Below are positions 1 through 9,470 of a DNA stretch of 64,000 nt, in pieces. The notes under the pieces were generated by a model. That model made no database searches. It had not been told where the DNA came from and saw nothing but the letters and a program-made list of their open reading frames with translations. The stretch spans positions 1-64,000 of the IMG/VR virus record IMGVR_UViG_3300037631_006629; one strand, given 5' to 3'. The stretch's first letter is position 1. Each line of letters begins with the position of its first letter. The position numbers and the translations under genes are program-made. The DNA is from an uncultured virus (IMG/VR IMGVR_UViG_3300037631_006629) (lineage: Duplodnaviria > Heunggongvirae > Uroviricota > Caudoviricetes).

Positions 1-1475
1 CACTGAAGTATTGAACTGTGAGAATTCGCAGAAATAACGTTAATTTCCCCTTGCAGATACAAAGTTTTCATTTTAGAAAGAACTGTAAGTATTTTTACTA
101 CATCGTTTAAATTTAATGACTCGTGTTTGTATATTTCAATGGCCTCGCTCCCCCAGATCATATCTTCTAATCCTTTAGACACGTTGTTGGAAAGTATTAG
201 TTCGTCAATATACTGACTATCTTCTGTAGGGTTTTCTATAAAGTAATCTATCATTTCATCTTTAAAATTAGGCCCTATTAGATTAAAGTTTTTGTGTTCA
301 ACACAAAAAGCAATTAATATACAGAAAAAATCGTTTATATACTCTTTATTTTTATACATTTTACTTAATTCATCAATCGCGACATTAAAATCAGATTTAT
401 TAAGTATGTCATTTCTTTCAAGAAAACTAAAAGGAAGCGGAGCATCATCATATATTAAATCATTGTAAACTAGTTCTTCTTTATAACTTCTCATTATATG
501 CTCAACTACTTTTTTGTCATTTGTGTATTTTAAATAGCTTGACATTTCTTGATTTATTGTGTCGTCTCCAAGTCCTTGTGCATTCATTTGTTTTTCTATT
601 CTTAAGATTTGGCTTAAGGTAGCTTTTGAATACATCTCAGCAAATGACGTTTCTTTTCTGGTACTTACTCTATTTACAATCAAGTCTAATATGTCTTTGT
701 TAACTATATCGTTTATTGTTGTTGAGTCTATAGATTGATTTTTAGCATCAACTGTCGATCCACCTTTTTCTTCTAATATGGCTTCACCTTCATACACAGT
801 ATATGACAAACAAAGTCTTCTATTCACAGACTTGTCATTATCATAGTCTGTTCTTATAACATAAAACATGTGCAAATTACCTGCGTAATTTGGAAACATG
901 TTATTCCCTGTAGAGACTCCAGTGCACCAACCACTTCTTCTTTTCGGGTCAGTCTCTTCCGAACCGTCAGGTTTTCCATGTGTCCATGCTATTGAACCCT
1001 GTATTGTTTTAGGTTCAATCACAATCCAGTCACGACCACTATACACAACGTCAAAGTCTTGATAACTCCCAATTATAGGCTTACCACTCTGATATCTGCA
1101 TTGTTGCCTAACTTCATTTTTATTAAAACTGGACTTAGCATCTATTTGTTTTCTAAGTTCATCAATAGAAATATTGCCACTACCTATTTGATCTTTAATC
1201 TTTGGCCCTACTGATTGATAGATTTTTTTATAATGAAGCTTGCAAACATCTAATATTTCTTTAACGGGCTCTTGAGTTGTATTTATTTCATTTTGAATGA
1301 CTTGTGTATATTTTGTGATAAATCTATTACTATTCCAAAATTCTATAAAATACTTAATTTCCCTTTCAGATCTTTCTTTTTTCTGTAATGTTTGAATTAA
1401 TTCATCTCGAGAAATTATCTTGTGCTCGTTAAGAAGAAAAGTCTTCCATTCATTTAATAACTGTGTAGTTTTCAC
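1..1475 (-). CDS. Partial gene (3' end runs off window); PcfJ-like domain protein with packaging-type leader
   Basis: Not in ORF track. GTG start at 1475 gives MKTTQLLNEWKTFLLNE; same frame contains WIVIEPKTIQGSIAW...GWCTG...NMFPNY...MFYVI, typical of phage PcfJ-like domains. Only partly translated by hand. Confidence 0.7.
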   Translation of the reverse strand, partial: MKTTQLLNEWKTFLLNEHKIISRDELIQTLQKKERSEREIKYFIEFWNSNRFITKYTQVIQNEINTTQEPVKEILDVCKLHYKKIYQSVGPKIKDQIGSGNISIDELRKQIDAKSSFNKNEVRQQCRYQSGKPIIGSYQDFDVVYSGRDWIVIEPKTIQGSIAWTHGKPDGSEETDPKRRSGWCTGVSTGNNMFPNYAGNLHMFYVIRTDYDNDKSVNRRLCLSYTVYEGEAILEEKGGSTVDAKNQSIDSTTINDIVNKDILDLIVNRVSTRKETSFAEMYSKATLSQILRIEKQMNAQGLGDDTINQEMSSYLKYTNDKKVVEHIMRSYKEELVYNDLIYDDAPLPFSFLERNDILNKSDFNVAIDELSKMYKNKEYINDFFCILIAFCVEHKNFNLIGPNFKDEMIDYFIENPTEDSQYIDELILSNNVSKGLEDMIWGSEAIEIYKHESLNLNDVVKILTVLSKMKTLYLQGEINVISANSHSSILQ

Positions 1476-1540
1476 TTAAAACCCTTTTTATATCTTTTCT
1501 ATTTAGCATGCTTATTTATGATCCTTAGTAATATTAATAC

Positions 1541-1569
1541 GTGTAAATTAAATATTAATTAATTATAAT
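1541..1569 (+). promoter_or_regulatory. sigma70-type promoter upstream of dnaE
   Basis: GTGTAA-N17-TATAAT; same motif recurs at more than 10 sites. Confidence 0.7.
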
Positions 1570-1595
1570 AAATAAAAACAAGAAAGGTATATAAT

Positions 1596-4500
1596 TTGTC
1601 TATTGATTTAATAACACCACCAAATAGATTTGTATCGCTTCATTCACACTCAACTTTTAGTACTTTTGATGGTCTAGGATATCCAGCAGATCACATTGAT
1701 TTTGTTCTTTCTGAATCACAAGGAATGGATGCTTGGGCACTAACAGATCATGGTAATGGTAATGGTCTTGCACATGCTCATTCGCATGCTGTTAAAATGC
1801 AAAAAGCAGGCAGAAAGTTTAGACAAATATACGGAGTAGAATTCTATTTTGTTCCTTCACTAGATCAGTGGACTAGCGACTATGCAGATCACAAGCAATC
1901 AATTAAAGATGCAAAAACAGCTGCTGCAGCTGAAAAGAAGAGTAAAGAAAAAATCATTATTGATGCTGATGATGAGAGTGGTGGTCTTGTCATAGAGGAT
2001 GAAGATGAATCTAAAAAGATTGATATACTTAAAGATGAGTGGAAGCGACGTTATCACTTAGTAGTTACAGCAAGAAATAGAAAGGGTCTTAATAATCTAT
2101 TTACCCTTGTAAAAAAATCATACAAAGACGGCTTTTATAGATACCCGCGCATTGACTTTAAAATGCTTAAAGAGCACGGCGAAGGTTTACATGTCAATAC
2201 AGCATGCTTAGGAGGCATATACAGTAATAGAATACTTCGTGGTGTAGCTCATGACAAATCACGTGATGAAATCCAAAAAGACCTGCAAAACTTATCAGAT
2301 AGATTTACAGATGCTGTTGGTATTGAAAACTTTAAGTTAGAGCTACAATTTAACAAACTTAATAAGCAACACGTTGTTAATGACTATCTTATTGAGCATC
2401 ATAAGCTAACGGGTATTCCACTTATATCAACAGCAGACTCTCATTACCCGAGCAATGACAAATGGCAAGCAAGAGAGTTATATAAAAAGCTTGGATGGTT
2501 AGGCAAGAAAGATGGTCTAACGCTTCCAGCATTTGAAGATCTTAAGTGTGAGTTGTATCCAAAAAACGCTCAGCAGATGTGGGATGAGTTTCTTGAAGGT
2601 TACAAAGAACACGATTTTTATAAAGGTAACGAGCAGCTAGTTAAAGAGTCAATAGAAAGAACACATGACATTGTCTGGAATGATTTTGAAGATACTTGGA
2701 TAGATGTAAGTGCAAAGCTTCCAACAATATCAATTCCTAACAAAACACCTTTTAAACACCTATCAGACTTAGTCAAGAACGCTTTAATCAGCGAAGGTTT
2801 ACATACTAACAAAGAATATGTAGATAGAGCTAAATATGAATTGTCTGATATTAAGTATTTAGGACATGAAGCTTATTTCATTACAATGTATGAAATCTTT
2901 AAAAAGGCTGAAACGAAGACATTATTTGGTCCTGCTCGAGGAAGTGGTGGAGGTTCTTTGGTTAACTATCTATTAGGCATTACTCAGCTTGACCCTATTC
3001 CTTATAACTTACTTTGGAGCAGATTCTTAGGTAGGCATCGTGTTTCTTGGCCAGACATAGACACAGATGCTGGTGATCGCGATGAACTCATCAATGCAGC
3101 TAAAGAGCTATACGGTGATGATGCTGTTATTCCAGTATCAAACTTCAACACACTTAAGCTTAAGTCGCTAGTAAAAGATATTGCAAAGTTTTATGATATT
3201 CCATTTGACGAAGTAAATAAGGTAACTGGCCCTCTTCAAGATCAAGTAATGCAAAAAGCAATGGACAAGAATCAAGAAAAGTCTGTGTTCGTTCTTAAGC
3301 ATGAAGATTGCATGAAACACTCTCCTGAGTATAATTCGTTTATGACAGAATACCCAGAAGTTGCTGAGCATGTTGAAACTTTATTTATGCAGAATAGAGC
3401 TATTGGTAGACATGCAGGAGGCGTAATAATAGCAGATGCTGATTCACTAGCTGAATCTATGCCTATTGTTGGTGTTCGTGGTGAACTACAAACTCCGTGG
3501 ACAGAAGGTATGAACTTTAGAAATCTTGAAGATAACGGATTTTTAAAGTTTGACTTTTTAGGTTTAACACTGCTCAAGGACGTAGAAAACTGTATATATA
3601 GAATTCTTAAAAAACAAGGAAATCCTAACCCAACATTCTCAGATGCTCGAGCATTTTTTGATAAGTATTTAAATTGTAGGTTTGTAAAACAGGATGATAA
3701 AAAAGTTTGGGAACATGTATATAAGGACGGTCACTTTTGCGGTGTTTTCCAATTTACAGCTGTAGGTGCAAGAAACTTTGCAAAAGAGGCAGAGCCTGAT
3801 TCAATTGAGGAACTAGCAGCATTAACTGCAATTTACCGTCCGGGACCTCTTAAAGCAAATGTACATAAGAAATATGTTAAAGCAAAGAGAAACGTAGGTG
3901 ATATAAAATATGAGCATCCTATTATTGAAAAGATACTTGGCCCAACATTTAACTATGTAGTGTTTCAAGAGCAGTTTATGCTTTTAGCACAAGAGCTAAG
4001 CGGATTTGATCCTGGCGAAGCTGACAAGCTTAGAAAGACTTTGGTAAAGAAGTCTTTAGATACTCTACATTCTAAAGGCTCAGAAAAGGCAATTGCTAGA
4101 GATAAGTTTATTAAAGGTGCTAAAGAGCTAAACGATGTTCCAGAATCAGTATCATCTAAGTTATGGGCAGACATAGAAAATTTTGCTGTTTACGGCTTTA
4201 ACAAATCCCATGCTATTGCATATGCTATCGGGTCATATTATGCTGCTTGGTTGCATACTCATTATGAGACTGAGTGGCTTGCTGCGATATTGCAATCTGA
4301 AAATGGTAATCCTAAAGGCATGTCAAAAGCAATTTCAGAGATTAAATCTTTTGGTTACGAGATTGCTGCAATCGATATAAATCACTCAGGTCTAGAATGG
4401 GAATATTCTGATGTGTTGAAAGCCTTTGTGCCGCCTTTGACTTCTCTTAAAGGAGTAGGAGACAAAGCTGTTGAAGAAGTATTTGCAAATAGACCATACA

Positions 4501-5171
4501 AAAATTTAAATAATTTATTTTATGATACAGAAGGTGCATGGAAACATTCAAAGCTAAACAAAACAGCTTTTTCATCGCTAGCGAAGATGGAAGCATTTAA
4601 GTCTCTTGATGAGTTTAAAGATAATACACTTGATAATCATAAACAACTCCATGATTTGATCCTCGATAATTATGCTATTTTAAAGAAAGGTTATTGGGGA
4701 ATGACAAAAACTGCAGTAAAAAGAGCAAAAAAGAACGAAGAAACAATTGTCCCTATTGTAGATCATTTAATTACTAGATATAAAGTTATTAGTGACTGGT
4801 GCAGATCAGAAAAAATAAAGAATTATTTCAATCTCAGCAATGATGCAAGTGATGACCTCCTATTTCCACCTAAATTAATAAATCGATTAAAACAGAAACA
4901 AATTAACAGCGTATTTGATATACCACAAGGTGAAAGAGGAATTGGCTGGTTTACAGTTACTGAGGTAATACATAAGACAACAAAGAATGGTAAGGCTTTT
5001 ATGCGCTGGAAGTGCGTTGACTCAGATAATCGTAGTGGCTGGCTACGTGTGTGGGGAAGCATTGAAGAAGGAGTTGAATTTAGTACATGGCTTGTAGACG
5101 TAAAGAATGATGCTGGTTGGGGTATGTCTACTAATTTAGGCAAGCTTAAAAAGATTAATGCTTTTGATTAA
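1596..5171 (+). CDS. dnaE: DNA polymerase III alpha subunit (family C, DnaE-type)
   Basis: PHP domain (LHSHS, TDHG, GVE, YHL, ADSHY), GPARGSGGGSLV, PDIDTD, KFDFLGL, YGFNKSHA, C-terminal OB fold; TTG start with AAAGG SD. Confidence 0.96.
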   Translation: MSIDLITPPNRFVSLHSHSTFSTFDGLGYPADHIDFVLSESQGMDAWALTDHGNGNGLAHAHSHAVKMQKAGRKFRQIYGVEFYFVPSLDQWTSDYADHKQSIKDAKTAAAAEKKSKEKIIIDADDESGGLVIEDEDESKKIDILKDEWKRRYHLVVTARNRKGLNNLFTLVKKSYKDGFYRYPRIDFKMLKEHGEGLHVNTACLGGIYSNRILRGVAHDKSRDEIQKDLQNLSDRFTDAVGIENFKLELQFNKLNKQHVVNDYLIEHHKLTGIPLISTADSHYPSNDKWQARELYKKLGWLGKKDGLTLPAFEDLKCELYPKNAQQMWDEFLEGYKEHDFYKGNEQLVKESIERTHDIVWNDFEDTWIDVSAKLPTISIPNKTPFKHLSDLVKNALISEGLHTNKEYVDRAKYELSDIKYLGHEAYFITMYEIFKKAETKTLFGPARGSGGGSLVNYLLGITQLDPIPYNLLWSRFLGRHRVSWPDIDTDAGDRDELINAAKELYGDDAVIPVSNFNTLKLKSLVKDIAKFYDIPFDEVNKVTGPLQDQVMQKAMDKNQEKSVFVLKHEDCMKHSPEYNSFMTEYPEVAEHVETLFMQNRAIGRHAGGVIIADADSLAESMPIVGVRGELQTPWTEGMNFRNLEDNGFLKFDFLGLTLLKDVENCIYRILKKQGNPNPTFSDARAFFDKYLNCRFVKQDDKKVWEHVYKDGHFCGVFQFTAVGARNFAKEAEPDSIEELAALTAIYRPGPLKANVHKKYVKAKRNVGDIKYEHPIIEKILGPTFNYVVFQEQFMLLAQELSGFDPGEADKLRKTLVKKSLDTLHSKGSEKAIARDKFIKGAKELNDVPESVSSKLWADIENFAVYGFNKSHAIAYAIGSYYAAWLHTHYETEWLAAILQSENGNPKGMSKAISEIKSFGYEIAAIDINHSGLEWEYSDVLKAFVPPLTSLKGVGDKAVEEVFANRPYKNLNNLFYDTEGAWKHSKLNKTAFSSLAKMEAFKSLDEFKDNTLDNHKQLHDLILDNYAILKKGYWGMTKTAVKRAKKNEETIVPIVDHLITRYKVISDWCRSEKIKNYFNLSNDASDDLLFPPKLINRLKQKQINSVFDIPQGERGIGWFTVTEVIHKTTKNGKAFMRWKCVDSDNRSGWLRVWGSIEEGVEFSTWLVDVKNDAGWGMSTNLGKLKKINAFD

Positions 5172-5257
5172 ATAAAAGTTTATTTTAGTCTTCCAATTAT
5201 TATTTTCATATATACATTCTTCTGTCTACTGTTTTAATTATATTTTAAATGCACTTT

Positions 5258-6073
5258 TTATATATCTAAAACTAATAAATGTTTTTCTTTTAGAAGTTCA
5301 ATAATATTAGCGTTGTCTTTTCTATAAGTTTTGCTTAAAGGGCTTTCTGGCCACATATACCCCATATGGTCCATAGCAGAAAACTGTGAAGTATCATCAG
5401 ACGTCTGTGGTGTTAAAGGCATTAGCTTTCTAACGCCTTGATCTTCCCACTGATCTGGATACTCTTTTTTGTAATAAGAAATATCATCAGGATTAATATC
5501 TAGCTGTTTAGCAACGACATCATTTCTTTTAACGTAATTTTTCCAAACTTTAATTGCTTCGTCTGTGACTGATGCAGAGTCTGGCTTTATTCCTGCATTT
5601 AAATTGTTAGAAACAAATTCTATAACAACTTCATACAAAAGAGGACCCATTCCTTTTTTTGTGTCGTGTGTTTTTTTTATGTACCAAGTAGAGTTAACTT
5701 CATCTTTTGCTTTGCCTGGAGCTTCAACATCAGGGTTGTCATATTCTGAAGCTAGCTTTGCTTTAGATGACATTATTTCTATGCAGCCGTATAATTGCGG
5801 CGCTAATTCATGTTGTTTTTTTTCTTTGCTATTTAAATACAAATTAACATTAGAAAACATTGATTTTTCTTTGCTTACATAACCAATATTATATTTGTTA
5901 ATGTTTTCTTTTTGAATTTTTATTTTATACTCTAAATTGCTGTTAAAATTAATTTCTTCTAGTTTATTTATTTGTTTATATATTTTTTCAATACTAACTG
6001 GTTTATCTTCTTCACTTTCATTTAAAAAGTTTTTCCACTCTTTAATTAGCATTTTAAAGTTTTTGTTATTCAT
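5258..6073 (-). CDS. GNAT-fold protein with packaging-type leader
   Basis: KKGMGPLLYE and SVTDEAIKVWKNY resemble GNAT acetyl-CoA motifs; N-terminal LIKEWKNFLNE. Confidence 0.55.
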   Translation of the reverse strand: MNNKNFKMLIKEWKNFLNESEEDKPVSIEKIYKQINKLEEINFNSNLEYKIKIQKENINKYNIGYVSKEKSMFSNVNLYLNSKEKKQHELAPQLYGCIEIMSSKAKLASEYDNPDVEAPGKAKDEVNSTWYIKKTHDTKKGMGPLLYEVVIEFVSNNLNAGIKPDSASVTDEAIKVWKNYVKRNDVVAKQLDINPDDISYYKKEYPDQWEDQGVRKLMPLTPQTSDDTSQFSAMDHMGYMWPESPLSKTYRKDNANIIELLKEKHLLVLDI

Positions 6074-6100
6074 TATTTTCCCAACTATTTTTTCATTGTT

Positions 6101-6129
6101 TTGTAAATTTAATTATTATATTATATAAT
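6101..6129 (+). promoter_or_regulatory. sigma70-type promoter
   Basis: TTGTAA-N17-TATAAT before the kinase/TS-fold gene. Confidence 0.65.
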
Positions 6130-6148
6130 AATTTTAAAAAGGATTTAA

Positions 6149-7042
6149 ATGAGATTTTTAAATATTAATATAGAAGGTCCTGATTGTAGTGGTAAGACTA
6201 CACTTTTTAATAGAATTCATAAAGAAACAAGCTTTAAGTACAACATACAAGACAGAAGCTGTATGTCAATGTATGTTTATGCAAAATTGTATGAAAGAGA
6301 TAACGCTTCTTTTTGGTTTGATAAAGTTCTTGAAGACATTAAACGATTAGATACATTATATATTGTTCTTTTACCTTCAAACCATACTGTGTTAGAAAGA
6401 CTAAGAAAAAGAGGTGATGAGTTTCAAGATGAAGAAAGCATTATGGATGTCAAACGTTTATTTTACAACTTAGTTAAATGCGGATTTGGTAACTTTCCAA
6501 ATGTTTTAGTGCTAGAAGACATTGAAGATTTAACGCAGAAAGTTGATATGTGTTTAAGCTTTATTGAAAGTTTAAATGAATTTCCTAGTGGCGACTTAAT
6601 AAAGTCTATTGTTATTAATAGCGGCAGAAACGAATTAGTTGACGTACAATGCAAGGAAGTAGTTGACATTAGCTCTTTAGACTACACAGCATTAAATTTT
6701 CCTGAAGAAAAATCGTATTATGAAAAAATTACTACAGATATTGAAAATAAGATCTTTAAAGAATTTGCAGGTTTAAATTCACATAATACACCACAAAAAC
6801 ATGACAGTAGAAGATTTGTTTATACTGATGCAAGTTGTATATCGCTTATTCATGCTTTGTTTCGAAAGAACAGACTAAACGTTTCAGTGACACTTAGATC
6901 TTCAAATGTAATTAAAACACTCTGGGCAGATTATGAATTTTTAAAGATAATTAGTGTAAAATTAGCAGAACTTATGCAACTTGACGAAAGCATACCAGTC
7001 GATTTGACTATTAATATAAGGTCTGCACATATTGTACCTTAA
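6149..7042 (+). CDS. dNMP kinase fused to minimal thymidylate-synthase-fold domain
   Basis: N-terminal IEGPDCSGKTT and DR motif; C-terminal SRR...C230...R250-SSNV...D261...SAHI matches TS spacing. Confidence 0.75.
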   Translation: MRFLNINIEGPDCSGKTTLFNRIHKETSFKYNIQDRSCMSMYVYAKLYERDNASFWFDKVLEDIKRLDTLYIVLLPSNHTVLERLRKRGDEFQDEESIMDVKRLFYNLVKCGFGNFPNVLVLEDIEDLTQKVDMCLSFIESLNEFPSGDLIKSIVINSGRNELVDVQCKEVVDISSLDYTALNFPEEKSYYEKITTDIENKIFKEFAGLNSHNTPQKHDSRRFVYTDASCISLIHALFRKNRLNVSVTLRSSNVIKTLWADYEFLKIISVKLAELMQLDESIPVDLTINIRSAHIVP

Positions 7043-7051
7043 GGAAATTAA

Positions 7052-7621
7052 ATGAATCCGTTTTTTAAAATATATACGGGTCCAATGTTTGGATCAAAAA
7101 CAACAAGGCTAGTAGCAGAAATCGATCGTTCTTCTTATAAAGACAGAAAAATTTTTGCTTTTAAAGCAAAGAAAGATAAAAGATACGACGCTGAATCTAT
7201 ATCTACACATAGTGGTGTTACATGGCCTGCAATTTGTATCAATGATGCACTAGAAATATTTGACTATTTAAACGATGATTATAATCTTTCTAATGTGTTA
7301 ATTGCTGTAGACGAAGCTTTTATGATTAAAGGAATTGATGAAGCTTTAATTTCTTTATTTTTTAAAGGCGCTAATATTGTAGTTTCTACAATTCAATTAG
7401 ATGCAAACGAAAGACCTTTTGAAAATATAAAAAACATGTTGCCTTTTGCAACGCATATTGAAATTTGTCCGGCAGTTTGTACAAAATGCAATAACGATGC
7501 TTATTATACAGCAGCAATGTTTGACATAGATAACGCAACAGATGAAGAGCGAGTTGGTTCTAAAGACATGTATGAGCCAAGATGCTCAAAACATTACAAG
7601 GCATTTTTTAAATATGAATAG
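7052..7621 (+). CDS. tdk: Thymidine kinase
   Basis: GPMFGSKTT, VDEAF, CTKC...Y-x-PRC zinc-lasso region. Confidence 0.93.
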   Translation: MNPFFKIYTGPMFGSKTTRLVAEIDRSSYKDRKIFAFKAKKDKRYDAESISTHSGVTWPAICINDALEIFDYLNDDYNLSNVLIAVDEAFMIKGIDEALISLFFKGANIVVSTIQLDANERPFENIKNMLPFATHIEICPAVCTKCNNDAYYTAAMFDIDNATDEERVGSKDMYEPRCSKHYKAFFKYE

Positions 7622-7651
7622 AGAATATTTATTTAAAAAAGGTAGAAAAGC

Positions 7652-8548
7652 ATGTCAATAAAATTTAAATCAGCAGAAATGTACTATGGAATACGTGTAT
7701 ACATTTCTGAAAATTCAGACAAAGATTTTTATTTAACAAAATCTTTGATTAACAACTTAAAAAACGTTGAAATAAAATTTAGACAAAATAGAATAAATAC
7801 ACCGGTAGCAGACTTATTTAAACATCTTGTTATAATAAAAGGAAGTAAAGAAAGAAGTAGTATTGACAAGATACATAAATCTGGAGCTGCTAATTGGAGG
7901 GCTTTTTTTAATCCAGACACAGAGACTATAGCTTTTGACTTGCAACACTTTAAAAACGAAGAAGCATTAATTAATACTTTAGTTCATGAAATAGGTCATG
8001 CAATACATGTTAAATTTGTAACGCCAGATGCTAGCAAATACATTTCAGTAGTAGGAAAACAATATGTTAATGTTATAGTTAGTCTCAAAGACCTTAAAAG
8101 TATTGTTGAACAAAACGTACATGACGACGACTTGTGCATGAGACTTATAAAAAAAGCTGAAGATGTATTTTATGATTTTGCAGATTTACTAGATAACAGT
8201 ATTAATTCTTCAGACTACGATGAAAATCATAAAACTTCAAATATTTCTTTCCAAATATGTGAAGAATATGAACTGTATCTTAAGGAAAAAGGAATTAAAA
8301 CTTATGTTTCAAAAATTGAAAAAATGATTAGTGTAATAATGAAATTTATACCTTCTGAGTATGGTGCCACAGAAGAGAAAGAGTTTTTTGCTGAGTGTTT
8401 TAGGCAGTTTATTTTAAGCCCAGATGATCTTTCTTTGAACAATAGAAACATGATCATTAATGCATTAACATATTCTAGAGCACAAGGTAAAGAATTAATG
8501 CAGGCACATAAGCTTTTAAAAAACTATGTTAGATATATTATTGATTAA
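7652..8548 (+). CDS. Zinc metallopeptidase-like protein (HExxH)
   Basis: LVHEIGHAIH plus distal SEYGATEEKEFFAECF. Confidence 0.65.
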   Translation: MSIKFKSAEMYYGIRVYISENSDKDFYLTKSLINNLKNVEIKFRQNRINTPVADLFKHLVIIKGSKERSSIDKIHKSGAANWRAFFNPDTETIAFDLQHFKNEEALINTLVHEIGHAIHVKFVTPDASKYISVVGKQYVNVIVSLKDLKSIVEQNVHDDDLCMRLIKKAEDVFYDFADLLDNSINSSDYDENHKTSNISFQICEEYELYLKEKGIKTYVSKIEKMISVIMKFIPSEYGATEEKEFFAECFRQFILSPDDLSLNNRNMIINALTYSRAQGKELMQAHKLLKNYVRYIID

Positions 8549-8896
8549 TTATTTTAAATTATTACAGCAGGCGTCGAAGTCCTTTCGAGTCAATTTATAA
8601 ATCTTACACCAGTTTTTTATTCTTTTTTCTTTGCGCTCGTAGTATCTATCACCATCAATATTACAGATTTCTCTTGCGTCTTCTTCCTGCTCCTGAGTAA
8701 AGTGTCTTCCAGGAAAGTATGGATGATCAGGTGCATTTGAATAATAATCCATTTGAGAAACCTCGCCTCTTTCAAATGCACCTCGAAATGCAGTAGGCGA
8801 GTTATAACCTGAGTGTGCAATGTATGAGTCTCTCTGATCATCTTCTAGCAACACTTTTCTTATAATTCTTCTTAAACGGCTTTCTGTAATTTTCAT
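8549..8896 (-). CDS. Hypothetical protein with packaging-type leader
   Basis: Likely start at MKITESRLRRIIRKVLLE (ATG 8896), shorter than the tracked ORF. Confidence 0.7.
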   Translation of the reverse strand: MKITESRLRRIIRKVLLEDDQRDSYIAHSGYNSPTAFRGAFERGEVSQMDYYSNAPDHPYFPGRHFTQEQEEDAREICNIDGDRYYERKEKRIKNWCKIYKLTRKDFDACCNNLK

Positions 8897-8972
8897 ATCT
8901 CTTACTTTCTTTGTAAATTTTAAAATAATGTACACAATTAAATATTAAGTAAATATAATAAAAAGGTAAATA

Positions 8973-9398
8973 ATGGAAAATATAGCTCGTCCCTCTTGGG
9001 ACAAAATATGGATGACAATGGCAGAAACTATTGCACAAAGAAGTCATCATTCTACTTTCAAGGTAGGCGCTATTATAGTAACGTCAGATAATACACAAGT
9101 GCTTTCTTTGGGGTATAATGGTAATGCTGCAGGATTATCAAACGTACCTCAATCTGAAGAACCTGGCTGTAGTGGTTTATTACATGCTGAAATTAATGCT
9201 TTACTTAAGCTGGATTATAATAACCCAAAAGATAAAGTTATGTATTTGACGTTAAGCCCTTGCACAAACTGCGCGATCGCTGTTATTAATAGTGGAATAA
9301 AAAAAGTAGTCTATAAAACAAAGTATAGAGACGATACAGGCATTAACATGTTAACATCTGCAGGTGTGTTAGTAGAGCAATTTAATTTAAACAAATAA
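8973..9398 (+). CDS. dCMP deaminase
   Basis: RPSWD, VGAII, GYNG, HAEINA, SPCTNC. Confidence 0.92.
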   Translation: MENIARPSWDKIWMTMAETIAQRSHHSTFKVGAIIVTSDNTQVLSLGYNGNAAGLSNVPQSEEPGCSGLLHAEINALLKLDYNNPKDKVMYLTLSPCTNCAIAVINSGIKKVVYKTKYRDDTGINMLTSAGVLVEQFNLNK

Positions 9399-9470
9399 AA
9401 TAATTTATAATCGTCTTCATATTTATTACTATAATTAATCTGAAAATAACAGAAATAGGTAGTAACACAT

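Noticed and set aside
1857..2050. Intein in DnaE
   Set aside because: Short charged insert with no N-terminal Cys/Ser block, no terminal His-Asn and no LAGLIDADG motif.
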